DNA of 64,000 nt, from positions 17,169,995-17,233,994 of the forward strand of contig OZ316891.1 in the NCBI GenBank assembly GCA_973895155.1. Direction: 5' to 3'. A model generated the notes under the pieces. That model was not told the DNA's origin. It made no database searches and was given only the letters and a program-made list of their open reading frames with translations. Below, in pieces: positions 34,279-47,397 of this stretch. The first letter of the stretch is position 1. Every line of letters starts with the position of its first letter. The DNA is from Marsupella aquatica (lineage: Eukaryota; Plantae; Marchantiophyta). Position numbers and translations under genes: made by a program.

Positions 34279-35827
34279 TTTGTATTGTCATTCTAGAAAC
34301 CATTTGTAAACTCCTTATATACTGGTTATCATATATAAAGGATCTCAAAGATTTATTTCTCTATTATTATTATTCGTGTGAGCATGTCTCTTGGTCCCGT
34401 GAAGTTGGATTGGTTAAAATGTGACGTTGCAGTCATTTTTAGGGTTTCATGCGCAGCCACGCGTCATGTCGCCCCCTTTTTATTAAAATAATAATATTTA
34501 GTGATTTTCGGAATTTCCAAAGTTTGGTTTTCCTTAAATTGGGGTTTATTCCCCAACTATCATTCTTGAAGGTAGCAAATTGTGATATGAGTCATCACTT
34601 TTTACATTAGTCTGGAACTCATGTTGTTTGAAGTTACATAATTATGCATGTTTCTTGCATCATTATTATGATGCTTCTTAACATCCCGAGAGTGATTCCC
34701 TCTAATTTGTATTTGCATGATTGCTCGATTGTAGACACACCAGTGCATTCAAAAGCAGGATCACCTCACACTACTTTGTTACAAGCACCAACGCCTGACA
34801 CCCTTAACAGACTGCCAGTTCATGATAACTTTTGGCAACACGTACCTGGAGGGCATTGCCGCACATAACATCCACATCAATTCCAAAACATGTTAATGCC
34901 ACCAGTGCAAGAATTGGCAAGAGAAATGGGTGAATGTTGACACTGGGGAGAATCGGCCACTGCCCACTAGCAGTGCAACTGGTTTTCACACCCCCATGCA
35001 ATCTCGCAAGGACAATGTCCAACCTACTACACCAAGACCAGCACCACCTTTGAAGGGTACCCAAGGCAGCATCCCAGGCAGCAAAAGAAGCCCTCTAAAG
35101 AGAATAGGACACCTTCATTCTCTGCTATCTATGTTGACAAGATTGCCCAAAAGGCAGATTACCGGACAGAGTTAATCCAATTCAGGGACAAGTGGAAATT
35201 GCAAGACCTTGAAGAGCGTCGTGCAGCTAGATTGGAGGCTTGTGAAAAAGAAGTTGTAATCCATAATTGTCTGGACTGGAAGCATCAAATTGCACTACAG
35301 CACGTTGCATTAGAGAATGCCATGAATGACTACACTATTTGGTAGCTCAAAGACCCCAGACAAGATTAAGTCCTTGTTGCCTATTCTAGATGAAGAGTAG
35401 TCTTAGGATAGTCTAAAACACTAATTGTTTGGGCCTTTGGGTTCCTCTCATTCATGTAAGATTTCTTAAGTTTTTTCCCAATATCAATCACTTGTTTTTG
35501 CTTGTCAATGCAAATTTATGTTCAACAAGCACATACCCGCAACATGCTTTATCATATCTGCTCAAATGAGAGATTACAAAGACCAGAGTCACCAACATGA
35601 TCAACCTAGAGTCCAAGTGTGAACCTGAACATACTAGGAGTGAGAATATAGTCCCTGAAAGCGTAAGCACATAAAAACATAACTCCCTAAATGCATACTA
35701 TTGCGTAAAAGCATTATGACCTAAACGCGTAAACACATAAAAACATTACTCTCTAAACGCGTAAACAGGTAATCTTCTATTCTCCCATGGTTGCTTAAAC
35801 TGAACTCATTCTTGAACTGGCTAATGT

Positions 35828-36091
35828 ATCGGGGTTTCACTTCCACAAAAATGGCACATCATGTGCGACGAAGGATAGGGTCATTTTATTGGTTCAAGGG
35901 AAGACTTAAGAATTTTTGCCAAAAAATAATAGGGTCTTTTAAATTCAATTTTGAGATTTATAAGAACATTAGGGTCTTTTTAACCAACATTAGGGTTGGA
36001 AAATAATTATTATTTTCTTACATTTTAGGGGGTCCAAGGCCTAAAAATTTTGCAGGGTATGGGGAGGCATCCATATAGTAAGACCCCCGAG
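35828..36091. mobile_element. ~264-bp MITE-like DNA transposon with 8-9 bp TSD
   Basis: (G)GCTAATGT flanks both sides (35819/20-35827 and 36091/92-36099). Ends are (A)TCGGGGTTTCAC...GTAAGACCCCCGAG. Confidence 0.75.
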
Positions 36092-37551
36092 GCTAATGTC
36101 TGCTAGACAAAGTTCATGGTCTTTACCCACGTATACTCCATGTACAACACCCTCTACCGGGCCTTTACTAAACTTCATGGAGTTCAAAAAAGTAACAGCA
36201 TCAACCCAATTCAAGGACAACCAATTCCTCCCCAATCAGCCTGTTGCCAAATTACCTTTGACGTTCATCAATGGTTGCCATCTTCACCGTACCATTACTA
36301 AGGGCCTCCAAAATCTCTTTGTGATCCCCATACCCTTGAGTGTACGAGTGTAAGGGAGACACCAAATTTGCCTCTCTCCATATAGCAAAAGTGCTCTTCT
36401 AATTAGGTAGCATTTGTCAATGCAAATTGCCTCCCTCATAATCGCCAACACGTCCAAGTGATTGCACGTGGTTGACTCAACATTTGGTCAGTTTGGGGGT
36501 CAGTTTTGTAAAAAACTATCTGTGCTTTGCAACCTTCCATAAAATGGCTACAACCTCCACATGACATCTTTGAAATTCCTGTTGAAATCTGCCAACTGAT
36601 ACGAACCAACATTATTCCACCCCGTATTCCATACTCTCTGCTTCTCTGTCAAGGTACTGGTCAAGATTATGGTGACCTTTGGTCCCCTAGGAATGAAATC
36701 CCTGTCCAATCAAGTGGACTTGTTGCTCTGCTTCAAAAAAAGTATGACAAAGTTGAGGACATATGTAGCAATGTTGCCCCACAAAATCAACATTTAGTCC
36801 GGATCATCTACCTCCACATCTCCCTGCAACACCATCACAACAAGGATAGGACAAAACATAGACAAAACCTATCCAATTTTTGTCAAAGTCAGCTAGCTCC
36901 AGTCAACTAGTACCAAATGCATCAAAGATTGAAGATGTATGTTGCCTCTATCTTCTTCAGATGATAGAATCTCCAAAACTTACAAACAGAGGGCAACTTT
37001 GCTTACCTGATTTTACAAAATGAGGCATAGATCTCAACTTCCTCTTTTGGAGTCTTGGGCTGCATCCTGTTGATGATTGCACTTCTTGGAGTCTGAGTGG
37101 AAGACGTGATGACTACCATTGACTTGGGATCTCTTCTAAGGGTACTACCTTCTCCCTCAAATCCCTTATACGGTGACTGATTCGGGGGTATATCATACAA
37201 GGTAAAGACTCAAAATCACTTAGGGATCCAAATCTGAAAGAAAAGGTGACCTACTCCACGATTGAAACTGAGCATACAATCTTGCTTTCTTGGTATGAAA
37301 CGCATGATGAGGTGGAAAATGAGAGGGGTAATCAAGCGGACCCTTTGTAGGATCATAATCAGAAGTGGGGCTATGATGAATGTCCCCAACACATTGTCAT
37401 GGTTGTGAAGGCACTTGCTTCTTTAGGAGGTCATGAACAATAGGAACCATGTCCTCGCACTTACACCCAAGAAAAGTGGTCAGCTTATCAACAATTCTTA
37501 AAGAAGACTCTACAAATCTGTGTGCATTAGGTTCCATTGTCAGTACAGGCT

Positions 37552-37650
37552 CTCGGGGGTCTCACTATATGGATGCCTCCACATATCCTGCGACATTTTT
37601 AGGCCTTGGACCCCCTAAAATGTAAGAAAAAAAAATTTCAACCCCTATAA
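37552..37650. mobile_element. Truncated second copy of the same MITE, opposite orientation
   Basis: CTCGGGGGTCTCACTATATGGATGCCTCC...GGACCCCCTAAAATGTAAG is the reverse complement of ~35992-36091. Confidence 0.75.
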
Positions 37651-40600
37651 TTTTGGAATATTCCAAAAATACTATTGTGTTGGCCAGGGAAATAGAACAA
37701 ACTGATGGTTTGTTGAGATGTAGAATAGGTACTAGGAAGTCAAGGACGATTCTCAACTCTGGAAAATTGCATTGGCTCAAATTTTACCCATTTCTTGTAT
37801 TCCGACTTCCCAAGAAGTAAGGTTCTGACAAATGTTTCTTCTTTGAGTAGAGTACTTCCCCTTCAACCGAACACTTAAATGCAGTCACAATATACTCAAC
37901 CAACCACACACTTGGTTGACCCCTAATAAAATTGGCAAAATCCTCGGGCAAGACTGAACCTCTGACAGAATCCAACAAGTACATGTCGAGCTTGATGTTC
38001 CATGGAATGTTGAGTAGCTCCTCCAAACCCATATGTTGTAAGGACAATCACAATGAAGCAAAGCTCTCTTTCGTCGTTGGCATCCAAACTAGGATGAATT
38101 TGGGATGGGTACATGCTCCACAACAAAATCTTCATTGCTGTCACCATTGGTGCTCCCCTAGCTCCTGCAATGTTGCCCCTTCAGGTTTCGCTCCTTAGGG
38201 CTGGTCGTGAACTTGGAAATGGTGAATGACAATGTGGTTAGGATGGGAAGGGATGGGGGAGTGCAAGTGCATATAGGAGTCCTCCATGTATCCCAAATGC
38301 GCGTGATATTCAACTGCGGAAGGCTTTGGAAGTTGTGCCATTCTTTTCAAATTACAAGTTGTACACATCTTGTCGTTGTCACATCAATGTTGGTGCCAAA
38401 TTATCTAAGTGCAAGGACCCACTGCCATATAAGCGTATACGCATATAGGCATAAATGCATAAATGGCCCAGCCAATCTAGAGTGCCGACAAGTTTCCACT
38501 CAATAGGAGCCTATGGATTCTGGGGGTCACCATAAAACACGGGGTGCTGGTCAATTAGGTGAACCAATGCAAAGAAAGATGCCTTGTCCATGCGAGTCAT
38601 TTGCCGTAAGATTAAAGGAGGGAGCTTGTCAAAATATAGTGTAGCAAACTCCCAAGATTTACTTGTTACTTTCTATAACAGGGCCCCAAACCCGGTAGTA
38701 GCTTAGTGATGACTTATAATTGTGTGTATATATATATAGGTAGAAAGACAAGTAGGTGTAGCAAAAGTGTTTGGATTTTCAATTTTTATTTTTGTTAGTT
38801 CTAATAAATTGATGTGACAACCGGAGGCCGGAGTTGAGAAGGGTGTCGGGCGATGATGGATGACAATGGAGCCATTGAAGGGGTACATGGAGGCCAAAAG
38901 GCAGCCCAAGGACTTGGAGGCCAAGGGTGGGCATCTTGGATGGGTGGGGGCTGGCCGAAGGCTCCACATAAGGAGCAAAACGGGAAGAATGATCAAAATA
39001 TAGAAAAATGTTGAAACTTAAAATAGACGTTGTTGTGCTAGTACTCTTCCAAACATGGTCATGTTTAAATTCATTTTGAAGCCCTCAATGACCCCATGCA
39101 AAACTGGGGTTCCCTCCCTGGGCCCTCACTCTATGTAAAAGAAGTGGACCCCCTGCGATCAGGCCCTTTTCGTGTTTACCCCTTGTTATTTACATTTTAC
39201 CATTAAAAGTACCCTTATTACCGGTAATAATTATAATTATTAGTTAAAATGAATAAAAACTACCCTTCGAGCGTTTGCACGTCCTCCACGTATTAGTTAA
39301 GACTGAGGGCCCAAGGGGTTCCCTAGTTGAGTTTAGGTTTGTATCAAACAGTGACATCTTGAGAAACCTCAATGCCCGTAAAATGACAAAACTAGGCAAT
39401 CTTGGAGTAGTTATGGTGGGAGGGCCCTTACAAGGAAGGGGTTCCCACACTTGTGTTTCCCTTGGGGTTTCCCTTTCCCCTTTCATCCTTTGTGTGGTCT
39501 TCACATTTTTTACTCTCCTTCCCTTTCCCACTCTGTAGAAGGGGCTCACACAATTTCCCTTCCCCACTCTGTAGAAGGGTCCCCACACTTTCTCCCTTCC
39601 CATTTTCTCTTTTCTCACTTGTGGGGTTCCCACCAATTCCTAAACCCTATTTAACCATTTCCCTATTGTGTTTGCTTTCAATGTGTGTACAGATCCTGGT
39701 TGTACAAACATCAGATTTTTGACCATCTCAAAATCAGGAGTTTACAGGCTTGTTGGAAAGACTTTGTTGAGCCAAATCTAGCAACGTGTCACACAGCCAG
39801 AATAGAGATAAGATGGAGGAGATACAATGGATCACTCTTTTTTTAGAATACTGAAGTTTTTGAGGCTGTACGGACGTCCGTACTACATGAGGTCCTAGCT
39901 TTCCAAGGGAAGGAATAAGTAGCAACACATACGAGGATCCATGATCCATGTTTTGCAAAGCTGGGGTTGGGTGTTGTACGGATGGAGAGGAGGGAGACGA
40001 TGCCTCGATTACCATAAAAACATAAACGGCCTTATCTCAATCGTTTGACCTCCGTTTTGTGCACCGTTTACGGAGCCGTGATCAAGAAGAGCAAGGCTCC
40101 TCAAATATATTTTCAGACTTTTGAGAAAAGTTTAGTATCAACAATTGTAGGGGCCTCCTCCTTTAACGACAGACTAGTGGTGGCAATCAGGAGGATTGAG
40201 GCTAGTAGGCAAGGTAGATAGATAGGATAGGAAGTGGTGGACTCAAGTGAGTCCCTATTTAGCGGATTGGTAGTGGGCACTGTCAAAGGCACCATCGGTC
40301 TATGTTAGGATAAGATTGGTTGGTGACACATGTGTGTGCCGCACGTAAATTAGGTTTTGAGGGCAGTGGTAATTGCCTCACCCTTGTAGGGATTATGTGC
40401 TTTGGTTTGTTTTTTTATTTAAGGGTAGCCCCCATAGGTGCAGGGGGAACTCAATCTAGTTTTGATGGAGTGTTAGCTTGTAGCATAGAGAAAGAAGTCA
40501 TCTAGAGTAGTGAGGTAAGAAGTATTCATTCTCCTAGTGAGACAAGAGTTGAGTAGACAGCAGGGGCCAGGTTACTCATGCAATGTGTTACATTGTTCAC

Positions 40601-41686
40601 CAAAAGATATGGATTTAGTTTGACTCTCCAAATTTTATTGCGTGTTATGATTTCTTTCCTTTCATAGTTGTGTTCTTCCCGTAGTTGTTGTGGTGTTTTT
40701 TTTATGAAAGGACCCACCAAGTGTATTCTTGAGAGACGTTTGCAAGGTCTGGTTGGTCTTGTGAGCTAGAGGAGTGGTGACAACACTCCACTAAAGACCA
40801 AGAGGAAGGTAGAGAGTGCAGTCCATGGGACTTGATAAAAAACAGTGAAGGATGAGATAGTCGGTAAACTTGATCAAAAAATATATTTGTGAGAGCGAAA
40901 ATGAATCTACTCTTTTTTGTTGTGATGAGTCTAAATAGCATCCCTCCACGTCCCCGTGATACGATTTAAATGGTATTGGTTGTGAAGTAGCAAAAATATA
41001 CGTGGTTACCGTTCGATAAACAGACGACACTTTCTTGTCAACAAAAAACCTGGTGTTCTCCATCACGACATACAACTCCATGAGCTCATGTGAGCACCCT
41101 CCAATTCAAGTATGCCAGTGTCATCGTCAGATTCATCTGATGAATACAGATCATGATCTGAATCTGAATTAGATAATCTGAAGTCATTCAAGGAGTTCAC
41201 ATCGCTACCTGATGTAAGGAGGTCATCATCCGAGCTCTCCAAAAGGATGTTTAATACCAATTTCTCTTGCACCATCTGCAATTCTTTCTGACAATATGAC
41301 AGTTGAGGCATGGTGTCTCCAAAAGAAGTTCCTGGAAAAAATTGTTCTTTTGTAAACACTAGAGAATAGTACACTCTTCAGATCAATTCTCCCAAGCAAT
41401 TGATCAAACATATTGTACACCAACAATTCATGTCAAATTCACATGGCTGACGCTGGTAACAGATTCCACAATTTGGTTATCATCCATAGATTGGAACTGT
41501 GCACTGGCAATGATTATAAATTTGAGTCGTTACATGATTGCCTATGCCTCACACGCATCTACTCAGGCACAGGGAACAAAGCTCAACACATACAACTTCC
41601 CCTACTCCAAATCATAGGACTTTAAAGACCAGACCAGTTCCCCTATAGCTCCTCCCACAGCTTTGGCAGGATTTTTCCTTGTCTGG

Positions 41687-42862
41687 TTTTTATTTATTAA
41701 TTATTTTTTAAATACGTTTATTCAGCGTGAACCTGTAGGCCAAAAGGCAAAAGAGCCACAAAGGGCGAGAAAACAAAGAGGTCGATAAGGAACAAGGAAG
41801 AATCCAACAAACAACAGGGGATCCACCAATATCCCATCAAGCCCAAGGCATCCGGAAATATAGCAGAGAATAACGTCTTTATCCTAAACCAGTAGAGGGG
41901 AGAGCAGCCCCAATAAAAGCAAACCCGCAGCAACACTCAAGAGAGAGAGAAGTCCATTCGGGACCACACAAGACTAAGTCAAGGCATTACCGCCAAGTTA
42001 AGTGACTCAACACAAATTATCCTATTCCTCATAATCCTATTCTGTTCAATTAGCAGTAACTCTGTAGCACCTGAAAGCCGAAGCAGTCTTCTTGAAGGGC
42101 TGGTAGCTTCAGCAACCGTAGTGAGATGGTCAAGTGTCTTAGAAATAACCAGCACTTGGTTGAAGACCCTCTTTTGTGACAGATCAAAGGTCTACAGATT
42201 TCGTGCCAGCCAAAGATTCCACAACACTTGATAAAGCACAAAGAAGCGAAGGGTAAACAATGGTGATTTCATCTTAGTAGCCAATAGCAGTCCAACTAAG
42301 TCCAGCACCCTGTCGCAAAGGAGACCATTCATCCACCCATGTATAAGTGGCCAGCATTTGTTTGCGTGCCTATAAACAACAAAAATATGGGGAATGGTTT
42401 CTAAGATTTTGGGACAGAGAGTGCAACAGCCAGAAAACTTCCCAATTCATAGGGTTCTGGAGCCAAAGAAGAGTCCTTGAGCTAGAATGTGCCAGAGAAA
42501 GACCTTAGCACGAGTTGAGAGGTCAGATCATGACCACAAAGTTTTCCATTGATCGTTCTAATCTGCCTTAGAGTAAGTCTTACCCCAGATTCGGTTCAAC
42601 CTATCAAAATCAGATCCCTTCGGACGGATCATCTCATAAACACGGAGATTGGGAAGTTTGAAGTGCTTCAGTCTCAAGTTCTGATCAGTCCATCTCCATT
42701 GTGCAGCCCGAGTTTCCATCATGCAACCATTGTAAACCAAGTTATTGATCCAATTTCCCTGACTACTTTGATGTGCTACCATGGCTTTGTGACGGGAAAT
42801 AGGTTTTCACTTGTCCACTGTGCTTCACATGAGACTATGGAGAGCCAAAGCATGCTTGGTTG
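41687..42862 (-). mobile_element. LINE 3' remnant (zf-RVT region and 3' UTR), related to the LINE at 1-8325
   Basis: Minus strand reads WRW...LNRIWG...SDLSTRAKVFLW...CTLC...ETIPHIF, homologous to 7250-7570. A-rich tail at ~41687-41712. Confidence 0.8.
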
Positions 42863-43186
42863 TGTGGGGAGAAATCAGATCTAGAAAAACACTCCAAACA
42901 TACACGTGCTCAATAGTTACGTGATTCGCCTCAAGGTTGGCTACGTCCACGAGAATACAAAGCTTTATAAATAGTTATATGTCTACTCAAGCATCACCAT
43001 AGCTCTCATCTCTTCAAGCTCTCATCTCTTGCTATATCCCTGTGTTCTCTCTTGAGAACTCTCTTGTGTGTTTTCACACCACATACAAGTTGAAGAAATA
43101 AGGACCAATCTCTTCAACTAGGGTTTACTCTAACCCTAGTTAACATACTAACCATAGTTCAACCCAAGACTGAGTTAACCTCTACA
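42863..43186 (-). repeat. 3' LTR of copia element
   Basis: Matches 48569-48892 with ~10 substitutions counted by eye. Confidence 0.97.
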
Positions 43187-43197
43187 AACTCCCCCTT
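43187..43197 (-). other. Polypurine tract
   Basis: AAGGGGGAGTT on the minus strand abutting the 3' LTR. Confidence 0.88.
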
Positions 43198-43379
43198 GAC
43201 TCACGTCTTAGGAGGGTTCATAACATTGTCTTTTCTTTACAGTTCCTCCGCGGGAAGTTCAAGATAGTAGGGCCAAAAGACCCTCCCCCTAATGCAAGGG
43301 TTAACTAGAACTAAGCCGCAGCCGATAAGCCATCGGATGGAGTACTTATATAGAGACATTTTCTTGGTTAGCTCTCTAT

Positions 43380-46300
43380 TTACAATATTTGTAAATAATT
43401 ACAATGCCTTGGAAAACTATTGGAGTCTAATACTTTGGTAAATGCATCTGCTGGATTAAGCTTTCCATCAATCTTGACAAGCTCAAATTCATCATCCGAT
43501 AATGCATGTCGGATGAAATGATAGTGGACATCAATGTGCTTTACCTTGCCATCCATCACCTGATTCTTGGCAGTATAAATTGCACTTTGACTGTCACAAT
43601 GAAGATAGACACAATCTTGTGATAAACCCATCTCAGTGACAAGCTTTTTCAACCAAATGGTCTCTGATGCTGCTTCTGCTGCCGCTACATACTCGGCATC
43701 CATAGTAGACTTTGCAACACACTTTTGGAGAGTAGACTTCCAATTAATGCATCCACCAGCAAGTGTAAATACATATCCAGTTGTTGATCTCCTCTTATCC
43801 AGATCACCTGCGTAGTCTGCATCCATATAACCTTGAAGCACTTTCATATTGTTTGAACTTGCATCAAACAATAAACCCTTCTTAGTGGAACCTCTGATGT
43901 AGCGCAAAATCCATTTCATTGCTTCCCAATGAACTTTTCCTGGATCTGCTTACCTTGCTAACAACATAAGCTATGTCGGGTCGGGTGCATACCATGAGAT
44001 ACATTAAACTACCCACAACACTTTCATAAGGAACTTTGGACATCAAACTTTTTCTTGTTGCATCCGATGGATAAAATGCTGCAGAAATATTAAAATGCCT
44101 TGCCAAAGGAACACTCACAGCCTTAGCATCTGCCATGTTGAATTTTGAGAGCACCTTCTCTGCATATCTTGTTTGCGTTAGCCAAAGTTTGGTTTTGTCC
44201 ACATCCCTGACAATCTCCATGCCTAGGATCCTCTTGGCTGTGCCCAAGTCCTTCATCTTAAACTCAGAACTGAGTTGGGCCTTAAGCTTATCAACTTTGC
44301 CTCTATCCTTTGCTGCGATGAGCATGTCATCCACATAAACTACAAGGATGACAAATTTAAAACCTGTGTTGTTCACACGCCTGATGTAAACACATGGATC
44401 GTACACGCTTCTCACAAATCCAAGAGATTTCAAAAATTCATCAAAACGCTTGTTCCACTGCCTTGGGCTTTGCTTTAATCCATACAAGGATTTTAGCAAT
44501 CTGCATACCAAATATTCCTTGTCCTTTTGCACAAAACCCTTTGGTTGCCTCATGTAAATCACCTCATCCAACGATCCATATAAGAATGCCGTGACAACAT
44601 CCATTTGATCTAAAACCAGATCAAATAAAACTACAAGAGCACATAGCAAACGTATTGTTGAATACTTTGCTATGGGTGAAAAAACCTCATTATAGTCTAT
44701 ACCTTTTTGTTGAGTAAAACCCTTGGCTACCAACCGAGCCTTAAATATCTTCTCAGCATCCTCCATAGGTCCATCTTTCTTCCTATACACCCACTTGCTG
44801 TCAATAGCCTGCTTGTCACTAGGTAGACTTGTGAGCCCCCAAGTCTTGTTATCATGAAGTGATTTCATTTCCATGCGCATTGCCGCCTGCCACTGTTGCT
44901 TCTCCATAGAAGCTAGGACCTCTCAAAATGAGGATGGATCTCCATCTTCTGTCACCAATGTATCAATAGATTCTTCATCCAAATCCACTTGATCAGAAGG
45001 AAACCAAGTTCCATACCTTTCTCGGGCTTGACGTTTACGAGTTTCTCTTTGCACTAAAGACTCTGGCTGATCTGATTATCGTGTGCTTTGCCCTACAATA
45101 GTGTCAACATATTCTTCATTTGACACATCATCTCCCCTTAAATCCTCTAGAGGAGGAGATTGCTCATTGTTAGTAGTAGGGAATTGACCTATCTCCTCCT
45201 CCTTCAATGATTTATCTTCATTAAAGGATACATCCCGACTAACAAGTAACTTGCAATCAACTGGATCCCACAATCGATATCCTTCAACTTCACGCTGATA
45301 ACCAAGAAAATGCATTTTTGGGCTCTAGGATCTAGCTTAGTCCTATTGTTGCTAGGAACATGTGCATATGCTTCACAACCAAAAACCCTAAGCTTTGAAT
45401 AATCAGCAGGTCGATTGTGCCATAGCTCAAAGGGGGTTTTGTAAGTGATTGCCCGACTAGGAGAGAGATTTACTAGATAAGCAGCAATGTTGACAGCTTC
45501 CGCCCAAAAGATTTGTGGCAATTTAGAGTGGCTCAACATGCTCCTTGCTCGCTCCAACAATGTGCGGTTGAGTCGCTCAACAACACTATTTTGCTCAGGA
45601 GTGTACACAATTGTGAGATGGTGAGTAATTCCCTTATTTGCACAATATGTATTGAATTTGCCAGAGGTATATTCACCACCATTATCAGATCATAGATATC
45701 TCACATTCTTTGCAGTCTATGTCTCAACTTGAGCTACCCATTGTTTGAAGATGGAAAATACTTCAAACTTATGGGCAATGAAGTAAATCCAAATAAACCT
45801 TGAGTAATCATCGATAAATGATACATAGTATTGTTTGCCTGAATGTGAGGAAACCAGAGCAAGACCCCATATATCGGAATGAATATACTCAAGTACAGCT
45901 TAATTTAGAATGATGAATAGCAGTCAGAAATGGAGTTCTTGTTTTCTTGCCGACAATGCAATGATCACAAAAACTCAACTTGCATGCTTGCAATCCTGGT
46001 AGGAGATGTCGCTTGTGTAAGATTTCCAAACTTTTTTCACTCATGTGACCAAGCCGAGCATGCCATAAATTGATTTTCTCCTCCTAAGATGTGACCACAT
46101 TGACTTCGGCAAGAAGGGTGGTGCCTTCCAAGACATAGATGTTTCTTTTTCTCTTGCCAATAAGAACTTCATTTGATCCGTGTGTGACTGTTAACACCCC
46201 ATCAGTTGCACTCCATTGATAACCCTTCGCATCCAAGTAGCTAAGAGAAATCAAATTCTTACACATTTCTAGAATGTGTCTGACATTTGATAGAGTACAA

Positions 46301-47397
46301 TACTTACCGGGTAGTTGAATCTTTACGGATCCAATCCCTAAAACTTTGCAAGAATGATTATTTTCCATCAAAACAGATCCGTTGATAGGAGTGTAGGATA
46401 AGAAAAGTTCACGCATATAACACATGTGATACGAGAAAGCGGAATCCAAAATCCATTGACAATCCTCAACTTGGGAAGTGGTACACAATGCAAATCCTTC
46501 ACTGTCCTCTTCTCGAACAACTACTTGGGCTGAAGAACCAGCAACTTCCTTGAATGTGTCTTTGACGCGACAATCCTTCTTCATGTGGCCTACTTTGTCA
46601 CACTTCCAACACTTTAGCTCACGAGTAGACTTGGATGGTGATTTGGATCGAGATCTAGATCTAAACCTCCTTCTACCAAATGATCGCTCCTGGAACCTTC
46701 CTCACTCCATGGGAGGTGGGTTTAACCTTTTATTTTCATGAGATGGTTCCCTTGTCTTGCCTCTTTCTACCAACGGTGCTGTTGATGATGAGGTTGAGGT
46801 AGGATGAGCTGAAGAAACCAGCTTAGATTGCATGTCATCGATCAACAGGGCACTCACCACATCATTGTAGGATATAGTTGTCTTATCACGGAATAGAAGA
46901 ACTCAAGACAAAGATTGGTACGAAGGTGGTAGTGAGCTCAAGAGTTGTAAGGCTTTCTTTTCTTCGCTCAAATGTTCCCCCAAATTCTCTAGGTCAACCA
47001 CAAGATCATTAAACTGATCGATATGATCTTGAATCTTGACTCCATCAGCCATTTTGAATTGCATGAGCTTTAGGCTTGCATACATTCGGTTTGACATCTC
47101 CTTCTTGTAGTACTTGTTGCATAATGCTTGAAACAAGTCCGTCACCGTTTGTGTTGATTTTTCCTCAAACTGCTTCTTCACATTGTTTTTCAGGTACATG
47201 CCAACAATGCTTACCACTTGATCTTGGAGATCATGCCAATCATCATCTTCCATCTCCTTGGGTTGAGATCTTAGTACCTTGCCTAGGCCCATCGCCCTAA
47301 GTGCATCACTCACGTTACGTTCTCATATTGTATAGTCCATTCGACCATCAAATTTTTCCACCTCAAACCTTTGACATCCAATCCTAGTAGTCGCCAT
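43380..47397 (-). pseudogene. copia gag-pol polyprotein (disrupted)
   Basis: EVEKFDG gag start, CWKCDKVGHMKKDC zinc knuckle, WILDSA protease, PEQNSVVERLNRTL integrase, KARLVAKG / QMDVVTAFLYG / YVDDML RT, DADYAGD...EYVA RNaseH. Multiple stops and frameshifts. Confidence 0.95.

Larger units (their letters stand above)
8326..34561. mobile_element. Giant Mutator-like (MULE) cargo transposon; left end not in window, right end tentative
   Basis: Contains a MULE-type transposase, duplicated ParB-MTase genes and FCP1-like ORFs. A shared 15-bp palindrome is restricted to this interval (9302-32595). Terminal repeats are not confirmed. Confidence 0.65.
35650..38470 (-). mobile_element. Decayed relative of insert 3 (termini not identified)
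   Basis: MGLEELLNIPW, RNG, LDFLVPILHLNKP...LANTIV and VITSSTQTPRSA match insert 3. GCGTAA clusters at ~35660-35770 and ~38430-38465 mirror those of insert 3. Confidence 0.75.

Noticed and set aside
34539-34561. Helitron 3' end
   Set aside because: The hairpin is not followed by CTRR at the usual spacing, and no Rep/helicase is present.
35992-37650. Single TIR element spanning 36.0-37.65 kb
   Set aside because: The inverted repeats face outward, and the left one has its own TSD and partner end, so these are two separate MITE copies.
40526-41426. PIF/Harbinger transposase remnant (acidic tract, MENTRF)
   Set aside because: No DDE motifs, TIRs or TSD could be identified, so it is too degraded to call.
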